Shown: positions 10,296 through 20,049, numbered from the stretch's first letter. The stretch: DNA of 59,921 nucleotides from a virus (IMGVR_UViG_3300037071_000511:1-59921), one strand, 5' to 3'. The notes: generated by a model from the sequence alone, not told the origin. Numbers and translations: made by a program.

Positions 10296-10507
10296 CAGGT
10301 TATCCGCGGCAGGTGCAGGCCGCCTCCGCTTCCCACCAAATCCAGCAAGAGCAGGATCACGATGATACATAGTACAACTATGGCCGCCACCTTCAGTATC
10401 TTCTGCGGCGGCTCTGGGATGAAGCTGTCCACTACGTACACGAATAAGTAGTACAAGATTCCGATAATCAGCAGGTAGATTATGAGCGTTATGATTGCGC
10501 CTATCAT
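10295..10507 (-). CDS. Small two-TM membrane protein (holin candidate)
   Basis: Two hydrophobic segments joined by IPEPPQK; AAGGAG RBS. Confidence 0.7.
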   Translation of the reverse strand: MIGAIITLIIYLLIIGILYYLFVYVVDSFIPEPPQKILKVAAIVVLCIIVILLLLDLVGSGGGLHLPRIT

Positions 10508-10523
10508 AGTACAGTCTCCTTCG

Positions 10524-11270
10524 CTAGTTGCCCATCCAGTTCGACATGGTCTTCATCATGCCCTCGCGCTGGTAGGGAAGACTGACGTGCGGGACATACG
10601 GATTGCTGCCAATGTCACAGACCATTTGAAGGCCTACGACCATAACAGACACATGGGTCTTGACCGAAATCCCGCCGGGCAGGGCGGTCGCAATGGTCAT
10701 CCCGGGCATGGCCGTAATGGTGGCGCTCACGCCTGCCCCAGACGTTGCCGTGCCAGCCGTGATCGTCATACCCGGGACGGCCGCGATCGTCGTGTTGGCC
10801 TTGCCGACGACCGTAACGGTGCCCGCCGTGATCGTCGCCAGATTGGTCGCGGCGAAGGCACCGCTCACGGTCAGGACATTGACGGTGCCTGCGGTCATCG
10901 TCAGCAGGTTGGTGGTCGCCGAGACAACCGCCTTGCCCTGCACCGTGACATTGCCGACTGAGATCAGGGCGAACGAGGTCGCGGCCGACACCGCAACGCC
11001 GGTCCCGGTGGTGACCGTTTCGTCGCCGATCGAGATCGTCAGGAGATTGGTCGTGGCGTTGACGGTGGCCGTGCCGGAAACCGTGACATTGCCAACCGTG
11101 GTTGTCAGCAGGTTGGTGGTGGCGTTGACCGTGACGCGCTGGGGAATGATGACCGTGCCAGCCGTCATCGTCAGCAGGTTGCCGGTAGCGTTGACGGTGA
11201 CGCTGGTGACATCCCACAGGCTGGGGTCGGTCGCCCACGTACCTACCGCACTGTCCCAGTCGTCAGCCAT
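10524..11270 (-). CDS. Thr/Val-rich repeat virion protein
   Basis: Repeated (V)NATTNLLT-type units of about 22 aa, shared with the upstream gene. Confidence 0.65.
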   Translation of the reverse strand: MADDWDSAVGTWATDPSLWDVTSVTVNATGNLLTMTAGTVIIPQRVTVNATTNLLTTTVGNVTVSGTATVNATTNLLTISIGDETVTTGTGVAVSAATSFALISVGNVTVQGKAVVSATTNLLTMTAGTVNVLTVSGAFAATNLATITAGTVTVVGKANTTIAAVPGMTITAGTATSGAGVSATITAMPGMTIATALPGGISVKTHVSVMVVGLQMVCDIGSNPYVPHVSLPYQREGMMKTMSNWMGN

Positions 11271-11273
11271 AGG

Positions 11274-14048
11274 TCACGTCCATGCGCTGCCGCTCCAAGT
11301 CTTCGCCGGTTTAGTCACCCATGCGCTGCCGCTCCATACCTTGGTGGGTCGCTGGACCCATGCGCTGCCGTCCCACACGCCTACCGTGCCTGCTGCTGCC
11401 ACCACCCCAGTATCCACCGTGACCGTGCCAACGGTAGATGTGGCCAGATTGGTGGCGGCGTTGACGTTGGCCTTGCCGACAACCGACCCGTTGCCGATCG
11501 AGGTCGTGGCCAGATTGGTGGCGGCGTTGACGTTGGCCTTGCCGACGATCGTCGGCGTGCTCGTCGCCATCGTCGCCAGATTGGTGGTCGCCGAAACGTT
11601 GGCCTTGCCGACAACCGTCTCGTCGCCGCCGGTAATGGTGGCAAGGTTGGTGGTGGCCGAGACTACGGCTTTGCCGACAACCGTCTCATCGCCAATCGAG
11701 GTGGACAACAGGTTGGTGGCAGCGTCGACAACCGCCTTGCCGACAACCGTTTCGTCGCCCACCGAGACGGTGAGGAGATTGGTGGTGGCGTTGGCCGTGG
11801 CGTTGACCGCACCCGTCGTCGGAGCCGCCGACTTATAGGGATGGCCTGATGGCAGTGCGGTGACGTGGGTGGTGACGCCGAGAATCCCGTCCCACTTCCA
11901 CGCGAGATAGCCCGAAACCTTGTCTTGGATGTCCTGCGACATGCCCGCCGTCATGAAGACGAACTCGCGAGCCGTGCCGAAGCCTTGGCCGCCCGCCGTT
12001 CCGTAGTTCATCAGGGCAGGATTGGCGTCGGGAGTGAAGGTTTCCCCTACTTCGTCAAGGGGAGCATTCCCATCCCGGCCGATCTTGATGCCCGTAGCAT
12101 TGGGGCCTGAGAAGTAAATCTGACCATCAGCAGACGGCCACGTCAGCGTGCCAGCCTGAAAGAATCCACCACCGCCACTGTAGGTGCCTAGATTGTTGGT
12201 GCCAGTTTCGAGCAGAACGTGGTGATAGCTGCCAGCCTGATTGGCGAGGAGGGTGCGATAGCTGCCAGCGGCGTTGGGCTTGCCTGCAAATGCCAAGTCG
12301 AAATACGCAGACGGGAGCGTTGGCATTTGGATGTATAGGTTACTGCCACTCGTCGCATTGGCGATGTAAACGCCATCGGAATTGACCGACAATGTGGTGG
12401 TGCCTGCTGGCGTCCCGTGCCGGGCGTTGCCGCTCTTGTCACGCCACTGGGTGAGGAACCCTCCCGACTGGGAAATCGTGGAAGCGTCCGCGAAATCGTA
12501 CCAGACAATGAGATCGCTTCCGATATCAGCCGGTGTCCACAGCGCACCGCCGCCCGTGGTGACCGTCTCATTGCCGAGAGAGAGGGTCAGCAGGTTGGTT
12601 AGCGCATTGACATTGGCCTTGCCGACAACGGTTGTGCCGGTGCCGACTGTCGTGGTCAGTAGATTGGTGGTGGCGTTGACCGTGACGTTGACGCCACCGG
12701 TCGTGACGGTGACAGTGCCAACCGCAGTCGTGGCCAGATTGGTCGTGGCGTTGACGGTAACGCCGCCACTGGCACTCTCGCCCATCCACGACTTGAAGCC
12801 GGATGGAACGGTCTGTGTGAAATTAGCTAGTCTGGTGCGGACGGTGGCAGCGACACCACTCGTCAGAGCCGATATAAAAACCAGATGATAAACGCCATCA
12901 ACTAACGATGATGTGTCTAATCCTCCTGTGTCTGTTGCCGGATCAGCAGTTCCACTGTTATTCCAGAGGCCATTGTTCTTACGGAACCAGATCAGGTCCG
13001 CCCCAGCATTCCATGCCATGCAGGCAATGTCTGCTGTTGCAAAAGTCCCTAACGCTGCGAGTGAAGTCCCACCCTTAAGCGTAACAGCCCCGTTACCTGC
13101 CGCAGTAAATACGTCCGTAGTCGTGGTAACAGAAGAGCTAGCAAGTGATATTCCCCACTTATTCCCGGTATTATGTACGGTGTTCACAAATTCGGCGTAG
13201 TATTTACCCGCTGCGGGTGATGTGCGCCCCTGTGTAGTTCGTATCCCACCAGACGACGACGATGTGCTGGTTGCTCTCGTATCGCTGACGGATACTGTGA
13301 TATTGGATGACTTGTCACCTGCACTCCATGCATCGGTGGTAAGTAATACATCCCTGAACCCGCCAAGGTTCACGCCCTGAGCGGAAGAGATTGAGGCTGT
13401 CGTGCTGATGGTGCCGGTCGCACCCGCAGTTGTCTTAACTGCATCAAAGATGGCGAGCGAGGTCTGTGCGCCATTCAGCGTGAGGCTATCGGCCCGCTCT
13501 ATCCACGTTGTCGTAGAGGGCGCTGTCGTAGTGTCAGTTGCGCCGCTGGCAGTCGAAGGAGCATTGGCAGATTTGAATGCAGAGAAGGTTGATTCTTGCC
13601 CTCCACATGCCATCCCAACCAGCAAATCATCGTTACTTAATGTCGTACCGCCAGTCATGGTGACTGCGGTGATGGCAGGCCCCGTAGTCGTCCAATTGAG
13701 AAGATAACCGAACAGAGTGTTCGTACCGCGATAAGCAACAATTCGTCCCAGAGCGACACTGATGCCAGCCGGATGTGTAAAGGTCAGGGCAGGAGCCGAT
13801 GACCCACGAACGATAAAGGCCATACAGCTAGAAGGAGCGCCGCTGTTCGACGTTAGGGTGTTGCCGCTGTTCTGGTTAGCAATTTGCGTCCAACCGCTAG
13901 GCAGCGTTATTGCGGTACCCGAGCTAGTCCGCGATGAAATGCACGCGACCAGCAGATCGCCAGCCGCGACACCAGCCGGTTCCGTCAGCGTATGGGTGGT
14001 GGTCGCAGTCTCAACGACTGATGAGACGCCGACGAATGACCATGCCAT
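11274..14048 (-). CDS. Large fibre/adhesin-like protein with SPRY-like and LamG-like domains and 22-aa repeats
   Basis: W...DKSSNIT..GKYYAEF (SPRY-like); WTPA.I...WYD.AD.STI...W.DKSGN (LamG-like); LPSGHPYK; VVGKANVNAATNL repeats. Confidence 0.7.
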   Translation of the reverse strand: MAWSFVGVSSVVETATTTHTLTEPAGVAAGDLLVACISSRTSSGTAITLPSGWTQIANQNSGNTLTSNSGAPSSCMAFIVRGSSAPALTFTHPAGISVALGRIVAYRGTNTLFGYLLNWTTTGPAITAVTMTGGTTLSNDDLLVGMACGGQESTFSAFKSANAPSTASGATDTTTAPSTTTWIERADSLTLNGAQTSLAIFDAVKTTAGATGTISTTASISSAQGVNLGGFRDVLLTTDAWSAGDKSSNITVSVSDTRATSTSSSSGGIRTTQGRTSPAAGKYYAEFVNTVHNTGNKWGISLASSSVTTTTDVFTAAGNGAVTLKGGTSLAALGTFATADIACMAWNAGADLIWFRKNNGLWNNSGTADPATDTGGLDTSSLVDGVYHLVFISALTSGVAATVRTRLANFTQTVPSGFKSWMGESASGGVTVNATTNLATTAVGTVTVTTGGVNVTVNATTNLLTTTVGTGTTVVGKANVNALTNLLTLSLGNETVTTGGGALWTPADIGSDLIVWYDFADASTISQSGGFLTQWRDKSGNARHGTPAGTTTLSVNSDGVYIANATSGSNLYIQMPTLPSAYFDLAFAGKPNAAGSYRTLLANQAGSYHHVLLETGTNNLGTYSGGGGFFQAGTLTWPSADGQIYFSGPNATGIKIGRDGNAPLDEVGETFTPDANPALMNYGTAGGQGFGTAREFVFMTAGMSQDIQDKVSGYLAWKWDGILGVTTHVTALPSGHPYKSAAPTTGAVNATANATTNLLTVSVGDETVVGKAVVDAATNLLSTSIGDETVVGKAVVSATTNLATITGGDETVVGKANVSATTNLATMATSTPTIVGKANVNAATNLATTSIGNGSVVGKANVNAATNLATSTVGTVTVDTGVVAAAGTVGVWDGSAWVQRPTKVWSGSAWVTKPAKTWSGSAWT

Positions 14049-14056
14049 CGGTCACC

Positions 14057-16555
14057 TCACGTCGTGTCGATCCAGATATCGCCCACTGAGGGAGAGGATG
14101 GCTCAGTCGATGAGACGGTGATCGTCGGCACCGGTTCCCAAACGGTGTTCCTGCGCGCGTAGAACACGTCGTCATCCGGTGCTTCGGCTATGCCACGAAA
14201 CTCAATGACGACGGCGGAACCATAAGCAGTGAGTGGGGCCAGACCTGTCGATACGGGACTGATAGCCCAGTCGTCATACGTGCCGTGATTGGTATGGTTC
14301 GACTCGATGTCGAGCATGTACCATTTCGACAGATCGTCAGTGTTGCGAATGACAATCCGCGAACCCTTTTTTAGGCTCGCCCGCGTGTAGTATCTGACGG
14401 TGGTGCCATTCTTGTCCTTGTGATGGATGAACATCGTGGTGGCGCTGCCGATGCTGGCGTCATCGAACGTGATCTCGCCATCGACTGTCGGTGCAGCGCC
14501 GCTGTCATTGTAGGTGAAATCGGTCGGCATTCCGCCGCCGCCGACTACCTGCCACGACCCGTCACCGAGACGCCCATAAGCCTCACCATCATCAGGGGGC
14601 AGACCGAATGTCGGCCAGACGGCTGGTGCTCCGTACTCGATTATAGGCGAGATGAGTGGCACTCCGCTGTCTGCCATGACGGTCAGCGGACACTCATCTT
14701 CCACCGTTCCCGAATATCCCTCGGACGTTTCTATTATTGATCCAGATGGGTTGGTCGTCGGGATCGCTAGGCCAAGTACGTTGTCAGAATCCTCGATCCA
14801 TATGGAAACGATCCACACCATATATTGACCGTAGGCAACCATATTCGTGCCAGGAAAGTACGCTTCGAACCAACCAGTACCATTTACTGAATAATCGATC
14901 TGATCAATGATGATGGCTGGGGTGGTCTTGTTGAAGAGATATATCTTTGCGTTACCGTCCGGTGTTCCGTTCGACTGGATGTAGAACCGTGCGCCGACGA
15001 TCTTACACACATCGCCGTAGTAAACGCTCTGCGCATACATCGTGGCGGGACTGCCGCTGTCAGTAGCCGATTCCTCAAGGTATTCAGTCGTGAGAACGCT
15101 GTATGGCTTGGGGCCGTAGAGTATCTGGTTGGCGGTATCGACGTAATAATCGCCCATCTGACCAGTGCCCGAGTCAGGGGGGTATTCACCATTCAAGATC
15201 GCCGGAACCTTATCCCAAGACTCATTTCTTCGGGAATATAAATACTCATCGTTTGGCGCTTCCTCGACGCCTGCTACACCAGTCCCTATCTCTGTCCAAC
15301 CGCTGTACTGCCGTCCGTAGATCAGACCATCTTGTGGCGCATCAGGCAGACCACCAAGAGCATTGATTTGTACAAGCACAGGTTCCGCGATCAGGTTGTC
15401 ACCACCCATTGCATAGTACTCAATGGACCAACTGCCGTATGTGGTGTGACTTGTCATGTCACTGGTGAGTAGGAACGAGAACCATCTATGAGGTGTGTCT
15501 TTGTTCTGGACAAACACCTGCCGACCAGTACGCAATGACGCTGACAACACTCTCCAGATGTCGTTCCCAGTGACATCGGTGAAATGGATCATGATCTCAG
15601 TGGCAAGTTCCTGATTGATGCCCACCTCATTGAGTGTGACTTCTCCTGCTGATGGCTCAGCACCACTGTCTACAAATGTGTAATTCGAGTGTGCGGTTGT
15701 GACTTCCCATCCCGCATCTCTGCGGATGTATGCAAACCCATCACTTGGTGCATCACTGACACCACCAGTCGGTAGCGTCTGCCACGTCTTGTCACCACGC
15801 CAGTACTGCGATGTCGTGCCGGGAGAGACAAAATCCTCCTTGCCCTCCGTCGAACTCTCAACAAACGCAACCGTGGCGATGTCATGTGCCGTGCCGGGCC
15901 ATGTCGGTGTCGGTGCCTGCGGAGAGCCGGTGAACGACGGCGAATCGAGCGGTGCGTATGTCGTCTCGATCGTGTCGATCTGCGACTGCAGGAACGTGTC
16001 CGTGCCCTGCAGCGCAACGATGTTCGTGGTGTGCGTCCCGGTTGTGGAGGTCAGCAGAGCGAGATCGGTCGTCAGGTTGACAATTGTGGACTGGCCCTGC
16101 GTGCCCGTATGGGCGGCGCGATTGAGATAGTAGCTGCCTGTCTGTGCATCCAGCAGATCGGCGTCGAGGTTGCTGCCCGCACCATCGACAGTCAACAATT
16201 TCGTCAGTATCTGCGCGGCCGTGTCAGACCCGCCGAACGGGCCATAGTCCACGCCGTTTACGTGGCCGTAGAAGCCATCGGTCTTCGCCCAGATGTCGCC
16301 GTCGTTGGGGGAGGTCGGCTTTGCACCGGGCGGAACGTTGAGCCCGGCAACGCCCGTGGTCGAGGCCGTCGTGACCAGCTTGCCCACCACCGTCGTCGGC
16401 TTGTTGAGGGTGAGCGTGGTCGAGGTGTCGGCGAACGCCGTCTTCAAGGCGGTCTTGACCGTGCGGATATGGTCGTCGCCCTCGCTGCGAGGATCAGTGC
16501 CGGTCGGCCATGCCTCGTTCAGCCCTGAAATCAGGGAGGTGGATTCCAGACCCAT
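14057..16555 (-). CDS. Tail fibre-like protein with multiple foldon-like motifs
   Basis: N-terminal EGDDHIR..K, VDGAGSNLDADLLD, APLDSPSFTG.P.APT and five AP.DG..Y.R...W motifs. Confidence 0.75.
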   Translation of the reverse strand: MGLESTSLISGLNEAWPTGTDPRSEGDDHIRTVKTALKTAFADTSTTLTLNKPTTVVGKLVTTASTTGVAGLNVPPGAKPTSPNDGDIWAKTDGFYGHVNGVDYGPFGGSDTAAQILTKLLTVDGAGSNLDADLLDAQTGSYYLNRAAHTGTQGQSTIVNLTTDLALLTSTTGTHTTNIVALQGTDTFLQSQIDTIETTYAPLDSPSFTGSPQAPTPTWPGTAHDIATVAFVESSTEGKEDFVSPGTTSQYWRGDKTWQTLPTGGVSDAPSDGFAYIRRDAGWEVTTAHSNYTFVDSGAEPSAGEVTLNEVGINQELATEIMIHFTDVTGNDIWRVLSASLRTGRQVFVQNKDTPHRWFSFLLTSDMTSHTTYGSWSIEYYAMGGDNLIAEPVLVQINALGGLPDAPQDGLIYGRQYSGWTEIGTGVAGVEEAPNDEYLYSRRNESWDKVPAILNGEYPPDSGTGQMGDYYVDTANQILYGPKPYSVLTTEYLEESATDSGSPATMYAQSVYYGDVCKIVGARFYIQSNGTPDGNAKIYLFNKTTPAIIIDQIDYSVNGTGWFEAYFPGTNMVAYGQYMVWIVSIWIEDSDNVLGLAIPTTNPSGSIIETSEGYSGTVEDECPLTVMADSGVPLISPIIEYGAPAVWPTFGLPPDDGEAYGRLGDGSWQVVGGGGMPTDFTYNDSGAAPTVDGEITFDDASIGSATTMFIHHKDKNGTTVRYYTRASLKKGSRIVIRNTDDLSKWYMLDIESNHTNHGTYDDWAISPVSTGLAPLTAYGSAVVIEFRGIAEAPDDDVFYARRNTVWEPVPTITVSSTEPSSPSVGDIWIDTT

Positions 16556-17011
16556 TCAGGCAATCCGGATGATCGCGTTCGTCGCATCGGCCGCAGGCAT
16601 GACCACCGTGAAGTCACCCGCGCTCGATGACTTGTCCGAGACGAAGTCCAGCACCAGCACCGATCGGTTGGCGCTGGTGGTGTTGTAAATCAGGGCCCCG
16701 CGCGCCGTGATCGTGCTCGACGTCCACACCGGGTCGGTCGGGCCGAAGTCGGTGATCGCCGTGACGCCGGATGGATTCGTCGGTGTCACGTTGACCAGCG
16801 CTGTGCCGCCGGTCGTGTAGCCGCTGCCGTTTGCCACCTCGCCTGAGATGTTGTTGGTGCCGCCGCTGTAGTGGTCGGTTGTGGCCGAGATCGTGGACGC
16901 GCTGGTGACGAGCGCGATCTTGAAGGCGTGCCCGGTGGATACCGTGAAGTTGTGCAGCGCCGTCATCAGTTCCACCTTGAAGGTGGTGCATATCGCTTGG
17001 GTCGGGGCCAT
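16556..17011 (-). CDS. Virion structural protein
   Basis: QAIC..FK.EL, FKIAL, EV..G.GYT.GG and ARGALIY motifs of a common phage structural family. Confidence 0.7.
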   Translation of the reverse strand: MAPTQAICTTFKVELMTALHNFTVSTGHAFKIALVTSASTISATTDHYSGGTNNISGEVANGSGYTTGGTALVNVTPTNPSGVTAITDFGPTDPVWTSSTITARGALIYNTTSANRSVLVLDFVSDKSSSAGDFTVVMPAADATNAIIRIA

Positions 17012-17023
17012 CCGTCGTCCTTC

Positions 17024-17266
17024 CTATTTGCGGTAGATGCGATCGCTCTCGATCGCTGCCTTAATCCCCGCAAGAATGATCTGGTGCATCTGAACCTGAT
17101 ACGACAGCACCTGCTCCTTGAGCGGCTCTGGGATGTTGTCGCCGACATACATCAGCCGGTCCATGATGCGCTCCGCGAAGAACTCCGGTGGTCGACCGCC
17201 ATTGCTCGTCGTCACCACCTTGACGGACCCGACGCTCATAGTGGTCCCGTCGAACTGCAGCACCAT
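17024..17266 (-). CDS. Hypothetical protein
   Basis: 80 aa, coupled to the upstream gene. Confidence 0.6.
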   Translation of the reverse strand: MVLQFDGTTMSVGSVKVVTTSNGGRPPEFFAERIMDRLMYVGDNIPEPLKEQVLSYQVQMHQIILAGIKAAIESDRIYRK

Positions 17267-17817
17267 CAGGGTATCAATTCCCGCATCGCATTGATCCGCT
17301 TGTCGACGTCGGCCCCGCGCTTCATCACCTCGGCATCATACGCCGCGAGCTTGCCCCGCTCGTCCTCCAGCGCCTGCAGCTTGGTATCGAGGTCCGCATG
17401 CCGCGCGTCCAGTTCCATCTCGCGATCGTTGAGCGCCGCCTCGCGCACGTCCAGCGCCCGCTGCAGATCGCCCATCTCCTTGGCCACCGCGCCGCGCTCG
17501 GCCGCGGCCTTGGTCACCGTGGCCGCCTGCTCATGCTCCTGCCGGGCGAGCACCTTCTCGCGCGCGTCGAGCGCTACGTTCAGGTCATCCACCTTGCCCT
17601 GCGCCTTCTCGATGTCGGCCTCTCGGTTGTCCAGTTCGAGCGCCAACGCATCGAGTTCCGCCCGCTTCAGCGCCAGCGCCTCGATCGACACCTCGTTGGC
17701 CTCGGTCGCCTTCTGCAGTTGCTCGATGCGCTCCTTGGTGCCCTTCGGATCGCCGACGATGCCGAGCAGGCTGGTGAAGGGATCGGGCCCGGAGGCCCCG
17801 CGTGAACCGCTCATCAT
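17266..17817 (-). CDS. Coiled-coil protein
   Basis: Heptad-rich 183 aa; AGGAG RBS. Confidence 0.65.
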   Translation of the reverse strand: MMSGSRGASGPDPFTSLLGIVGDPKGTKERIEQLQKATEANEVSIEALALKRAELDALALELDNREADIEKAQGKVDDLNVALDAREKVLARQEHEQAATVTKAAAERGAVAKEMGDLQRALDVREAALNDREMELDARHADLDTKLQALEDERGKLAAYDAEVMKRGADVDKRINAMRELIP

Positions 17818-17819
17818 GG

Positions 17820-18125
17820 CTAAACTCCTAAAATCGCAGCGACCCGGAAGCCCCTGCCAGCCGGAATGCCGACATAGCGCGTTTCACCCGCAGCCAGTCG
17901 CTGCTTGGACGTGGTCGCGGTCGGGCTGGTGCCCCATGCGAGGCACGCCGCCTCTTGGGCGTGAACCATCACGAAGGCGGTCTGGGCGTTGAAGACGGCG
18001 GATTGCGCGGTCGAGGAGGTCAGCGTCATCGCCTGTTCGTTGACACTGGGCTCCATGCCTGCAGCGATGAAGTTCGAGCCAATATCGCGCGCAAGATCGC
18101 GGTATTCCGTCAGGAAAAGCGGCAT
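17820..18125 (-). CDS. Small virion-like protein, first gene of the putative late operon
   Basis: 101 aa, beta-rich; follows a hairpin leader. Confidence 0.6.
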   Translation of the reverse strand: MPLFLTEYRDLARDIGSNFIAAGMEPSVNEQAMTLTSSTAQSAVFNAQTAFVMVHAQEAACLAWGTSPTATTSKQRLAAGETRYVGIPAGRGFRVAAILGV

Positions 18126-18142
18126 GGCATCCCTCAGATAAG

Positions 18143-18173
18143 CAAAATGCCCGCCGGGTGAGGGGCGGGCATG
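18143..18173 (-). terminator. Terminator/attenuator-like hairpin
   Basis: Minus strand ATGCCCGCC-N8-GGCGGGCAT then TTTGCTT. Confidence 0.55.
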
Positions 18174-18238
18174 GACGTAGTGTCGAAGGCCGTTGACGCG
18201 AGAATATCCCCCAACGGCTACGAAAACACAACAGGTGC

Positions 18239-18634
18239 CTATTTGGCCTCGGCCTGCCGCAACCTGTTGATCAGCCGCAGAAGCATCGCCCAGTTCTCGA
18301 TGCGGCGGTCGTTGGCCATCTTCTCGATCATGTCGACCTCCTCGTTGGTCGCCACATGGGCGTCGAGCTTGGCTGGCTTGGCGCTGGCCACGATCTTGTC
18401 CAGCATCTCGTCAGCTTCATTCGGCCCGAGCACCCTGTAGCTCTCGGCGTTGGCGACAGTCGGGCCATCGCGCAGCGCCTCGTAGGCTTCCTTGGTCAGC
18501 GGCTTGTCGCCCTTGAACACCGCGCCCTTCGAGGTGATCACCTTGGGCTCGGGCGTCACGCCCTCCTCGATCTCTTCGCCGAGATCAGGCACGTAGCGCG
18601 GGATGCCCGTGTCCGGGTCATACTTCATTGGCAT
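18239..18634 (-). CDS. Hypothetical protein
   Basis: 131 aa; GGAG RBS overlaps a GTAGTAC box. Confidence 0.65.
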   Translation of the reverse strand: MPMKYDPDTGIPRYVPDLGEEIEEGVTPEPKVITSKGAVFKGDKPLTKEAYEALRDGPTVANAESYRVLGPNEADEMLDKIVASAKPAKLDAHVATNEEVDMIEKMANDRRIENWAMLLRLINRLRQAEAK

Positions 18635-18668
18635 TTTGTACTACTCCTGTTCCGATTGATCAGTCCCC

Positions 18669-19013
18669 CTACTGATCAGAAATCCGGGTTCGTTCTCCCC
18701 GCAAGTCCCCGCGCCGCATCCGCAAGTCCTGATCGATGCTGGTCGTCAGCGTCACGGCCCCGATCTTCACCCGGCATTCCATCCTCGTTATCTGCATGTC
18801 GTCCTCGATCGGCCCGCCTGTCACCGTCGTGACCATCTCGCCGGGGTCGGCGTCCAGAAAGCCCCGGTAGAACCGCGTGAAGGTGAACAGGAACATCCCG
18901 ATCTGCTCGACCATCATGGGCGCGTCAAGCTGGGCCGCCAAGCTCTCCGCGATTGCCTCGCACCCGATCGAGGTGCGAGGGGCCAGTTCCGACGTGACGG
19001 TGAACTCGGTCAC
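18669..19013 (-). CDS. Hypothetical protein
   Basis: GTG start coupled by GTGA overlap. Confidence 0.5.
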   Translation of the reverse strand: MTEFTVTSELAPRTSIGCEAIAESLAAQLDAPMMVEQIGMFLFTFTRFYRGFLDADPGEMVTTVTGGPIEDDMQITRMECRVKIGAVTLTTSIDQDLRMRRGDLRGERTRISDQ

Positions 19014-19207
19014 TCGACGTTGATGCGCACCAACAGCGCCATCCCGCCGGTATCGAAGTCCCATGCCCGCTTGCGCACCACGTACATCTTGCCGTCGATG
19101 ACGACCTGATCGCCCACCGCCGGGTGGGAACTCATGCCGCAGCTTTTGACAAAGCCACTCTCGGTGAAGAAGTCGGTCGGGATCGCGGCCGGTGCGCTCT
19201 CACTCAT
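19010..19207 (-). CDS. Hypothetical protein
   Basis: MSESAP start overlapping the upstream gene end. Confidence 0.5.
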   Translation of the reverse strand: MSESAPAAIPTDFFTESGFVKSCGMSSHPAVGDQVVIDGKMYVVRKRAWDFDTGGMALLVRINVE

Positions 19208-19547
19208 GGGCCAGCCTCTCGCGCAGCGCGTAGCCCTCCAGCGCCCATAGCTGCCGGATCGCATCCTCCCGGGCGAACTTCTGCCCGAGCACCGGATCGA
19301 AGTTCCCGGCGTCGGCGGGCGCGCTCTTGCCCACGACAGCAAAGCCATTCGTCATCGTCATCACGCAGATCGTCATGTGCGGAATGGCCGAGGGGTGCAT
19401 GTACTCCTCGTCTTCGATCTTGGAGAGCATCGAGTCGAGCGTCACCCGGTTGGGCGTCTTCTGCACCGCGGCGCTCTCGGCGTCGGTCATCTCAATCGAT
19501 GACAGGTCGGTGCGTGCCTTGCGCTGTTCGTCGGTTTCGGTGGCCAT
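19200..19547 (-). CDS. N4 gp49/Sf6 gp66 family protein
   Basis: RVT...I, TIC.....NGF.V.G.SA.....NFD...G...A...A...LW.LEGY signature. Confidence 0.85.
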   Translation of the reverse strand: MATETDEQRKARTDLSSIEMTDAESAAVQKTPNRVTLDSMLSKIEDEEYMHPSAIPHMTICVMTMTNGFAVVGKSAPADAGNFDPVLGQKFAREDAIRQLWALEGYALRERLAHE

Positions 19548-19571
19548 CTTAGGTTCTCCACGGTTATGGGC

Positions 19572-19805
19572 TCATGCCCGTTTGATCAGGTCTTCGATGA
19601 GGTGGACGAGCTTCCTCGCCTCTTCCTGCGACAGCTTGAAGTCGATCGCGATCTCATCCGTGCCGCCTGCCAGTGTCACCACGATCAATCCATCCTTCAG
19701 TCTGGCCGAGATGTCCACCCTGCCTCGCATCGGTTTCCCCTTCGCCAGTGTGATCGGATGCTTGATCTTGCCCATCTGCGAGATGCGCGACGGGTTCTTA
19801 GTCAC
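19572..19805 (-). CDS. Hypothetical protein
   Basis: 77 aa in a chain of overlapping minus-strand genes. Confidence 0.5.
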   Translation of the reverse strand: MTKNPSRISQMGKIKHPITLAKGKPMRGRVDISARLKDGLIVVTLAGGTDEIAIDFKLSQEEARKLVHLIEDLIKRA

Positions 19806-20049
19806 CGTTCAGCCCCTCATGGAAGCGATCGCGCTGCTCCCGCTTGCGCGCCTCGGCCCGCTCGATCTCCTCGGCCTCGCTCACCGCGCTGAACTCGCGT
19901 GCCCGGTGCCGCTGTGGCAGGTGATCCTCCTTGCGATCGCCGTGCCAGCCCAGCCCGGTGGCGTTCTCGTCCTTCGGCGTCGGCGGATGGTAGTCCTTGT
20001 CGTGCCAGTCGCCGAACAGGCGGGCGATCACGTTCCAGAACCAGTTCAT
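19798..20049 (-). CDS. Hypothetical protein
   Basis: 83 aa; AAGGGGG RBS. Confidence 0.5.
   Translation of the reverse strand: MNWFWNVIARLFGDWHDKDYHPPTPKDENATGLGWHGDRKEDHLPQRHRAREFSAVSEAEEIERAEARKREQRDRFHEGLNGD

Noticed and set aside
11430-11810. Periodic ~66-bp repeats as a CRISPR array or DGR
   Set aside because: Degenerate in-frame coding repeats with no unique spacers; no cas or reverse transcriptase gene.
10660-11838. 392-aa plus-strand repeat ORF
   Set aside because: Antisense mirror of the Thr/Val repeat genes.
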